Shown piece after piece: positions 57,810 through 64,000 of a DNA stretch of 64,000 nt (the first letter of the stretch is position 1; every line of letters starts with the position of its first letter). The stretch comes from an uncultured Pseudomonadota bacterium (GTDB taxonomy: Bacteria; Oederibacteriota; Muellerivitia; Muellerivitales; Muellerivitaceae): NCBI GenBank assembly GCA_963770835.1, contig CAVYRH010000019.1:320001-384000 (forward strand). Direction: 5' to 3'. Position numbers and translations under genes: made by a program. The notes under the pieces are model-generated. The model had not been told where the DNA came from and made no database searches. It saw only the letters and a program-made list of their open reading frames with translations.

Positions 57810-58829
57810 TTGCACCTTCGGCCCCAATTATCCTCGATCCGCGCCCGCTTTGGATATCCTTATCACCAGTGGATGACCCAGGAATTCGACGAACCTGGCT
57901 GGAACCTGGTCCAGAAAAGCATCCTTCAAAAGCGTGCCCATGACGTCACGATGTTGATCGAGGGGCCGGACGGCCGCTTCGCCCTCATGAGCAAGCACAG
58001 TTACCCTCCCGGCATTTTCCGGTCCCCTTCCGGCGGCGTCAAACCCGGGGAGGACCTGGTCGCGGGCGCCCTCCGGGAAGCCAAGGAGGAAACCGGCCTG
58101 GATATTAATTTAAAACGGTTTCTTCTCGACATCACCCTGGACATCAGCCACGCCGGCGAGTTGGTTACCTGGGATTCCTATATTTTTTACGCTACGACCC
58201 AGGACACCAAGTTGAGGCCCACCGACCTCAAGGAAGTCAAAGACACGGTATGGGCTGGCCGGGAACACCTGCAAGCCATGGCGCTAAAATTGAAGGAAAC
58301 GGGGAACGGCGGGTTGATGTACCGGGGGGATTTAACCGCCGCCTCCCTCTGGGCGCTGGACAACGAGCTGGTCATGCGGGAAGCAACCTCCCGGGACAAG
58401 GCCGGCATCACCCATTCGCTCCTGGCCAATAAACTCCTGGTCCAAAAGCCGGAGCAGACGCTTTGGTGGATCCCGGAGGTCCACGGTTTTTCCTCGGGCA
58501 CCGTCGGCATCACCCTCCATAACGACTGCGCGGAGCTGACGGGGCTGACGGTGGACCCTCTTTTCCGCGGCCGGGGCCTGGGCCATGCCATGGTGGAATA
58601 CGTCTGTGACCAATGGGCGAACCCGGCCAAGCGCAAGCGGCTTTCGGACCGGTTGAAAACGCCCATCTTGAGCGACAAGCTGTGGCTGACGACGGCGATG
58701 CCGGGCTATTTCTTGCCCGTTAATTTCATCATCACCGATTTGGGGCTCCTGCCCAAGAGCCTCAAGGAACAGCTTTCGGGCCTTCGTGCCAAGTGGCAGG
58801 GCATGCGTTACCAATATTACAATCTTTAA
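57810..58829 (+). CDS. NUDIX hydrolase-GNAT acetyltransferase fusion
   Basis: Nudix box GGVKPGEDLVAGALREAKEETGL; C-terminal GNAT motif A VDPLFRGRGLG. Confidence 0.82.
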   Translation: MHLRPQLSSIRARFGYPYHQWMTQEFDEPGWNLVQKSILQKRAHDVTMLIEGPDGRFALMSKHSYPPGIFRSPSGGVKPGEDLVAGALREAKEETGLDINLKRFLLDITLDISHAGELVTWDSYIFYATTQDTKLRPTDLKEVKDTVWAGREHLQAMALKLKETGNGGLMYRGDLTAASLWALDNELVMREATSRDKAGITHSLLANKLLVQKPEQTLWWIPEVHGFSSGTVGITLHNDCAELTGLTVDPLFRGRGLGHAMVEYVCDQWANPAKRKRLSDRLKTPILSDKLWLTTAMPGYFLPVNFIITDLGLLPKSLKEQLSGLRAKWQGMRYQYYNL

Positions 58830-58872
58830 AAAATCTTAAAGCCAAAGATTGACGCCAAAGGTTTTGCACCCC

Positions 58873-59256
58873 ATGAATCCCATTTTGAAAAAATTGCTTT
58901 TCAAAGCCCAAAACCCCCTTTTGCTCCTGGGAGCGCCCAAGGAATTCCAAAAAACCGCCGGGGCTTTCGGCGTGACGGTGCATTCCACACCCAAGGGCTC
59001 TTACGACTTTATCCTGGCCTTCGCCTATTCCCTGGCCGATGCGAAAAAAATTGCCGGAACAGTCTCAAAAGCCCTATCGGAAAAGGGGATTTTTTGGATG
59101 GCTTACCCGAAGGGAACGTCCAAGAAATACAAAGCGGATATCAACCGGGACAGCGGTCACACGCTTACGGAAAAATTGGGATTTTTGGGAGTATCCCTGG
59201 TGGCCATCGATGAGGATTGGTCCGCGATGCGATACAAAAGGGCAGTCCACAGTTAA
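58873..59256 (+). CDS. Hypothetical protein (DUF3052/YdeI-N-like)
   Basis: ILKKL, WMAYPKGTSK, DINRDSG, VAIDEDWSAMR pattern. Confidence 0.7.
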   Translation: MNPILKKLLFKAQNPLLLLGAPKEFQKTAGAFGVTVHSTPKGSYDFILAFAYSLADAKKIAGTVSKALSEKGIFWMAYPKGTSKKYKADINRDSGHTLTEKLGFLGVSLVAIDEDWSAMRYKRAVHS

Positions 59257-59346
59257 CAGTTCGCTGTCGACAGCTCACAAGGAAGGCTTAAAACCGCAAA
59301 TTCGGAGTCTTGCTGCCGGCTGTGGACTGTCGGCTGTTGACTGCCG
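59241..59346. repeat. Heptamer-period palindromic repeat (CAGTCCA / CTGTGGA family)
   Basis: Left arm CAGTCCA CAGTTAA CAGTTCG CTGTCGA CAGCTCA; right arm CTGCCGG CTGTGGA CTGTCGG CTGTTGA CTGCCG. Confidence 0.7.
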
Positions 59347-60054
59347 TTACTTCGCCAGAGGTTTTCGTTTCCAGGAACAAAGCCAGCGGTACCCCAGCCA
59401 GCCTATCAGCCAGGAATAAGCCAGAACCGGTAGGAAATGCTCCAGGCAGATATGCGTTAAATTGTGGCTGCCACAATGGAGGGTAACCACTTCCAGTCCC
59501 ACTAAGAAGGCTGACAGACCGGCCCAAACCGCCACCCGGCGCGCGTTCAAGGGCGCGTTGTGGCGGATCAACAAGCCCAGCCCCAGCCAGGAAAGCAATC
59601 CCACCAGCAGGACCACCACAAAACACGAGGAAAAGAAGGGGTGGTGCGGGTAGTTTTCGGCGGCATCCCAGGGAAGGAAAAGGACGAAGAGCAGAAAAGC
59701 CAGCCCATATAAAAGAACTGCCACCCAAGTCTTCCATTTCCCTTGGGATTCCCCCGCCGGAATGCTGGCTTCAATGGCCCCCCAAGCCGCCAGGGCGGCA
59801 CCCACGAAGATCAGGACGGTCATTAATTGAAAGGATAAATGGGCCCAATTATCCGCAAAGTCCCCCCGGAACGAAACGCGGATTAAAAAGAGACCGACTA
59901 GCAAAGAAATCCCGGCGACCCAGCACAGCCACTGGCCCCAAACGGGCATGGGGGATTTTACCGGCTTAAGGCCATGGGTCAGTCTTTCCACCGCCTCACA
60001 GTGGATGGACGGCATGCCTTTTTCAACCTTGTGTTTTGAGTTTTTCCGTTTCAT
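59347..60054 (-). CDS. NrsF/DUF1109-family membrane anti-sigma factor
   Basis: Six TM segments, LKPV, SIP, NAPL, LHC..H..H; directly downstream of the ECF sigma. Confidence 0.8.
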   Translation of the reverse strand: MKRKNSKHKVEKGMPSIHCEAVERLTHGLKPVKSPMPVWGQWLCWVAGISLLVGLFLIRVSFRGDFADNWAHLSFQLMTVLIFVGAALAAWGAIEASIPAGESQGKWKTWVAVLLYGLAFLLFVLFLPWDAAENYPHHPFFSSCFVVVLLVGLLSWLGLGLLIRHNAPLNARRVAVWAGLSAFLVGLEVVTLHCGSHNLTHICLEHFLPVLAYSWLIGWLGYRWLCSWKRKPLAK

Positions 60055-60608
60055 TTCTTAGCGCGATTCTCCAATAAAATCTTTTTAAGCCGAGCATAGC
60101 CCCGGTGGGCCCGCACCTTGAGGGCGCTCCCCGAGATGCCCAACTTTAAGGCGGATTCCTCCACGGTCAACCCCTCAATCTTGAGCATTTCCACCGGCCG
60201 TCGCAAACTCTCCGGTAGTTTTAACAGGGCCTGGTGCAGTTCGTCGCTAAGGCTTCCATCCCTCTTATCCAGGGGGGCTGACTCGGGCAGGACCTCCACC
60301 GGCACTTCCCTTTCGGCGAACTTACGGTTCCGGCCGATAGCATCCAGGAAGGCGTTGTGGGCGATCGTGAAAAGCCAGGGGGCGAAGGGGCGGTTGGCCA
60401 TATAGCTGTGCCGGGCCCGGTGGAGGGTGAAAAGAACCTCCTGGTAGACGTCGTCCACCAGGGACTTGTTGAAAACCCGGCGGCGGACGTAGGCGTAGAG
60501 AAGCGGCCCCACTTCATTCAGAAGAGTGCGGTAGGTTTCTTCATCCCCTTCCTGGACCCGCTTCATCATATGGGACCAGGACTGCCATTGTGACGGGCTG
60601 GCTTTCAA
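60051..60608 (-). CDS. ECF-family RNA polymerase sigma factor
   Basis: DDVYQEV, HSY..RPFAPWLFTIA, LPESLR..KVRAHRG; TTG start after AAGGAG. Confidence 0.92.
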   Translation of the reverse strand: MKASPSQWQSWSHMMKRVQEGDEETYRTLLNEVGPLLYAYVRRRVFNKSLVDDVYQEVLFTLHRARHSYMANRPFAPWLFTIAHNAFLDAIGRNRKFAEREVPVEVLPESAPLDKRDGSLSDELHQALLKLPESLRRPVEMLKIEGLTVEESALKLGISGSALKVRAHRGYARLKKILLENRAKK

Positions 60609-60624
60609 TAACACTCCTTTGGGG

Positions 60625-60653
60625 TTACGGTCGGGGGCACGGAAAAGGTTACC
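60625..60653 (-). promoter_or_regulatory. Putative autoregulated ECF promoter GGTAACC-N17-CGTAA
   Basis: AAC -35 and CGT -10 elements immediately upstream of the ECF gene. Confidence 0.55.
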
Positions 60654-61352
60654 TTATCCTAATAAATCCAGGGCTTCCTTGAGTTCCATGATACGGCAGG
60701 TGTAGATGGGCGTGTCGCGAACCGTATATTTGGAGCCCTCGGTTTCCCGCAGGGCCATGACCAGGTCCAGGAAATCCTGGGGCGTATCTGTCTCGAAGGC
60801 CACCACGAAGTCCTGGTCATCCAGGCCGAAGGAATAGGTGGTGTTCAGTTTCACCGAGGGATAGAGGTTGCCCACGCGGATATGCTCATCCATGACCTTC
60901 TGGCGGGATTCCTTGGAAAGAAGGTACCATTCGCGGGTCTTCACGAAAGGATAGATGAAGATGTACTTGAACCGTCCGGGATAAATGTTGGTGCGGGATT
61001 CCTCGCTCCCGCCCACATGCTGGTGCTTGTCGATATAGGTGCTGCGCTTGGTCATGGAAAGATAGGAAGCGGGCCGGTTGAGGTAAGGCCCCAGGGTGGA
61101 CTTTAGGATAACCGAGCCCAGTTTTTGGATGGCGTCCAGGTCGTAACTGATGCTCCACAGCAACAAGTCAACGTCGGCTTTGAAGCCCACAGTGGAATAG
61201 GAAAGCAGGATGCCTTCTTTTTTGAAGCTTTCGACGGCCTCAACGAAGGACTTTTTGGCCTTCTCCCGTTCGGCCGCCGGCAGGCCGCGGAACTCCTCGG
61301 AAATCTTGTAGAAAGCGAAACTGACGTACTGGCGTTTGGCTGGATCGGCCAT
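60654..61352 (-). CDS. chdC: Chlorite dismutase-family protein, probably coproheme decarboxylase
   Basis: YPFVKTREWYLL, MDEH (proximal His), YSFGLDDQDFVVAFE; no distal Arg. Confidence 0.75.
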   Translation of the reverse strand: MADPAKRQYVSFAFYKISEEFRGLPAAEREKAKKSFVEAVESFKKEGILLSYSTVGFKADVDLLLWSISYDLDAIQKLGSVILKSTLGPYLNRPASYLSMTKRSTYIDKHQHVGGSEESRTNIYPGRFKYIFIYPFVKTREWYLLSKESRQKVMDEHIRVGNLYPSVKLNTTYSFGLDDQDFVVAFETDTPQDFLDLVMALRETEGSKYTVRDTPIYTCRIMELKEALDLLG

Positions 61353-61427
61353 TTTTTACCCCTGACGGAAATGGATTTTGGAGGGCGTATTCTATGCCGC
61401 GGCCCCTAAAAAATCAAAGCAACCTCT

Positions 61428-61514
61428 TTGGACGCAAATGATCACCGTTCACAAAAAGGAAAAATCCAAAATTTTAAATTTATTATCTGCGCAAATTCGC
61501 GTCAATTTGCGGCC
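61428..61514. repeat. Degenerate ATCTGCG-family (9-10-mer) palindromic repeat
   Basis: ATCTGCGCA AATTCGCGTC AATTTGCGGC arm pairing with the upstream GACGCAAAT; overlaps the stop codon at 61502. Confidence 0.55.
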
Positions 61515-63649
61515 TGTATTTCAATTTGCGCCACGGGCACAAAGCGCGGGTCGGCGATGGGATACTGGCTTTTCGTGACGGGCCATAAGGCGCTCCTCCA
61601 GGAATCCAACCCTCCCGCTGAAAACTGCACCACCGCATCGCTTTCCCCCCGTCCCATGAACTTGTCCAGGTTCTGGTAGCCGTTGCGCTCATAGAACTCG
61701 CGGCTGAAGGGCTCTTGGCCTTTCTCGCGCGGCGATTCCTGTTTTTGGAGCCCCACGGCCAGGGCATAATTCCCTGGAGGGAAATCGGAGGGGACAAAAA
61801 GAATCCGGTGATCCTGATAGAGGAAGCCCGGTTTCATTGAGGAGGAGGAGCCATAGGGAAATTCATGGATGTCGTGCAGCAAAAAAACCCCGTTTCGGGT
61901 CCAATAACTTCCGTGGGAATCGATGAAAAGCCCCACCACGAGGTCGGAAGCATCCTGGGCACTGGCCTTTCGCCGGGCCCAATGGTAAGTCACCTGCAGG
62001 ATTCCCCCCGCCTTCACCTGGGGGGGATTTATCTCCACGCCCATCAGTTCCAGCCCTCCCCAAGCCGCCAGGGGTTTTTCCTTGGGAGCAGTTTCAGGAT
62101 TTTTGGCAATACCCCCCGGAACCACTTGTAGCAAGGGCCCCCACAACCGGTAAACCCAGCCCGGCGGCAGGTCCCACTTACGGGTCACGTAAAGGGGGCG
62201 TCCTTGGATTAAGGCCTCCCGGATCTGGGGCCCAACGGTTTGGGGGTCGTTCCCGGGTTCCATCGCTCCGACGTCCTTACGGAGCCCAAAGGATTGCTGG
62301 TACCCAACCACGGGAAAATACTCATTTTCCTCGGCGGGCATATAAAGAGCCTTGGGCCCCATGATGGTTAAAAGGTTCCGGGCGTAATCCTCCGCGCCCC
62401 TTTCCTTCTTGCGGTCCCAAAGATGTCCCACGGAGGAAATTTGGGCCAGGACAAAAGCCGCCAGCAGGATGCTCGCGACTCCTGGCCCGGCAACGCCTTT
62501 GCGGAAGCTCTTTTCCAGGAAAGCCAGGGGAAGGGCCGCCAGCAAACCGCTGTAAGCCCACCCCAAAAGAACCTGGTGGGGCTCAAAAGTTGGGAAAGGG
62601 ATGGTGAAGACGAAAAGTGCCTCGAAGAGGCCCCATCCCAGGGCAACCCAGAGGAAGGAGGGAATCTTTCTTCTTTTTTGATAAAGGATGGTGGTTCCCC
62701 AAGCCAGCAAACCAATCCCGAAGGGGGTTAAATCCGTCCAAAGGCGCGCGGCCATCATCTCGGCCACATGGAGTATGTTGTGCAGGGAGTTTGCTCCCAC
62801 GGAGCTGGAGAATTTCAAGGCCAGCACGTGCCGGATGAGGGCCATCGGATGGGTCAGGTCCGCATAGGCAATCGCCGGGTGCAGGGCCGACCTAAGGGGA
62901 AGGTACAGTGCGGTGCTCCTCCCCAAAGCAAAACAAACAATCAAAAGAATTATATTTTTGATGTTTTCTTTTAATCCGACAGCTTTTCTTGGCGTCTTGG
63001 CGTCTCGCGATTTTTGCAGCCCTTGGTCGAAGGCCAATGGGTGGCGGTAGATGTGGTGTAAGTATGCCAACCCCACGAAAGGCAGGGCAAAAAACTGGGT
63101 CGGGCGAAAGATGGTAGCGGCCCCCAAGATGAAAAAAGCCAGGAACCACTTGCCGGGCTTGTCGAGGCTTAAGGCCCATAAAATGAAAAGCCCCAGCAAA
63201 AGATGCAGGGCATAAACCAGGGGCGTGAGCGAATAGACCCACCAAGGCTGGCTAAGGCTCCAGGCAAGGGTCAAAAGGGCCAGCCATAACTTCAAGGTGG
63301 TGGAAAGGGCCTTACCCGCAGGCTCCCCAACCGTTGCCGCCAGGCGGCAGGCTAAAACCCAGAACAACACCGAAGCCAGGGCCGAGCAGGCCGCCGACAT
63401 CAGGCCCAGCCTTTCGGCGGGCGTGGACCAGGGAATCAGGAGGAAAATCTTCCCTAAAAGGTGGAACAAGACCTGGCCCGAAGGGTGGGAAATACCGAGG
63501 CAGGCGGTGGCCCCCACCATTTCGCCCGAATCGTACCAGCCAAGGAAAGGGGAGACGAGGGAGGCGTTCAAGGCGAAGAGCCCTAAAAAGAGGGCCGCCG
63601 GGATTTTCCATCCGATTATAGCGGGAAGGGATTTGCGCGGTTTCACCAT
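61502..63649 (-). CDS. DUF2723 (TMEM260-like) GT-C glycosyltransferase
   Basis: DSGEM..A..LGISHPSG motif, about 11 TM segments, periplasmic C-terminal domain. Confidence 0.8.
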   Translation of the reverse strand: MVKPRKSLPAIIGWKIPAALFLGLFALNASLVSPFLGWYDSGEMVGATACLGISHPSGQVLFHLLGKIFLLIPWSTPAERLGLMSAACSALASVLFWVLACRLAATVGEPAGKALSTTLKLWLALLTLAWSLSQPWWVYSLTPLVYALHLLLGLFILWALSLDKPGKWFLAFFILGAATIFRPTQFFALPFVGLAYLHHIYRHPLAFDQGLQKSRDAKTPRKAVGLKENIKNIILLIVCFALGRSTALYLPLRSALHPAIAYADLTHPMALIRHVLALKFSSSVGANSLHNILHVAEMMAARLWTDLTPFGIGLLAWGTTILYQKRRKIPSFLWVALGWGLFEALFVFTIPFPTFEPHQVLLGWAYSGLLAALPLAFLEKSFRKGVAGPGVASILLAAFVLAQISSVGHLWDRKKERGAEDYARNLLTIMGPKALYMPAEENEYFPVVGYQQSFGLRKDVGAMEPGNDPQTVGPQIREALIQGRPLYVTRKWDLPPGWVYRLWGPLLQVVPGGIAKNPETAPKEKPLAAWGGLELMGVEINPPQVKAGGILQVTYHWARRKASAQDASDLVVGLFIDSHGSYWTRNGVFLLHDIHEFPYGSSSSMKPGFLYQDHRILFVPSDFPPGNYALAVGLQKQESPREKGQEPFSREFYERNGYQNLDKFMGRGESDAVVQFSAGGLDSWRSALWPVTKSQYPIADPRFVPVAQIEIQAAN

Positions 63650-63652
63650 TCG

Positions 63653-64000
63653 TTAAGGCTGGCCCTGGAGCTTCCGGATGTGGGCGTCGATCTCGGCCAT
63701 CCGATCCGCGTATTCGGGATTGTTGACCTGCTTCAGGATGTCCTCGATGGTCTTGTAAACCTTCACGGCGTCGTTTTTCTTGCCGAGAATTTCCATGGCC
63801 CTCGCCTTCCGAAGATAGCTGGGAATGTAAGCGTAATCCAGGTCGATAGCCTTCTGGGCTGAAACGATGGCTTCTTGGATGCGACCCATGGCCAATAGGA
63901 TGTCGCACTGATCGACGTACACCTGCGGATTTTGGGGGGCCTTTCCAATCAACTCGTTTTGGAGATCCAAAGCCTCGTCTAGGCGTCCTTGTATCATCAT
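63653..64000 (-). CDS. TPR-repeat protein, C-terminal part (runs off the right edge)
   Basis: TPR-like helices (QGRLDEAL..AP; MGRIQEAI..AQKAIDLD). Confidence 0.75.
   Translation of the reverse strand: MMIQGRLDEALDLQNELIGKAPQNPQVYVDQCDILLAMGRIQEAIVSAQKAIDLDYAYIPSYLRKARAMEILGKKNDAVKVYKTIEDILKQVNNPEYADRMAEIDAHIRKLQGQP

Overview
Chromosomal window from a GC-rich diderm bacterium (lipoproteins, outer-membrane beta-barrels); the lineage cannot be fixed from sequence alone. Left half (1-29.2 kb): an anaerobic energy region with [NiFe]-hydrogenase maturation genes (hypF fragment, hypC, hypD, NiCoT, hypE, maturation protease), an ADP-forming acetyl-CoA synthetase/GNAT fusion, pyruvate:ferredoxin oxidoreductase, a lone HydG, adenylate kinase and a membrane pyrophosphatase, interleaved with a FecR/beta-barrel/lipoprotein cluster. 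Right half: mostly housekeeping genes (tRNA-Ile(CAT), rpoD-dnaG-mutS2-mpg-yqeY-rpsU, HIT, mtaB, rpsB-tsf-pyrH-frr-uppS-cdsA) plus GH5, GH92, an ECF sigma/NrsF pair, a ChdC-like protein and a DUF2723 glycosyltransferase. The strongest unannotated signal is four copies of a TATGA-N6-TCATA palindrome (one imperfect), each exactly 21 nt upstream of a TAnnnT -10 box (class II CRP/FNR geometry), in front of the acetyl-CoA synthetase fusion, hypC, por(-hydG-adk) and protease(-hppA). This suggests a fermentation/H2 regulon that includes an orphan HydG. Also seen: several families of short-period palindromic repeats (one arm apparently in-frame inside a gene), a frameshift in rpoD, and a galactokinase-like protein with altered active-site motifs. 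No CRISPR array, transposase or integrase was found.
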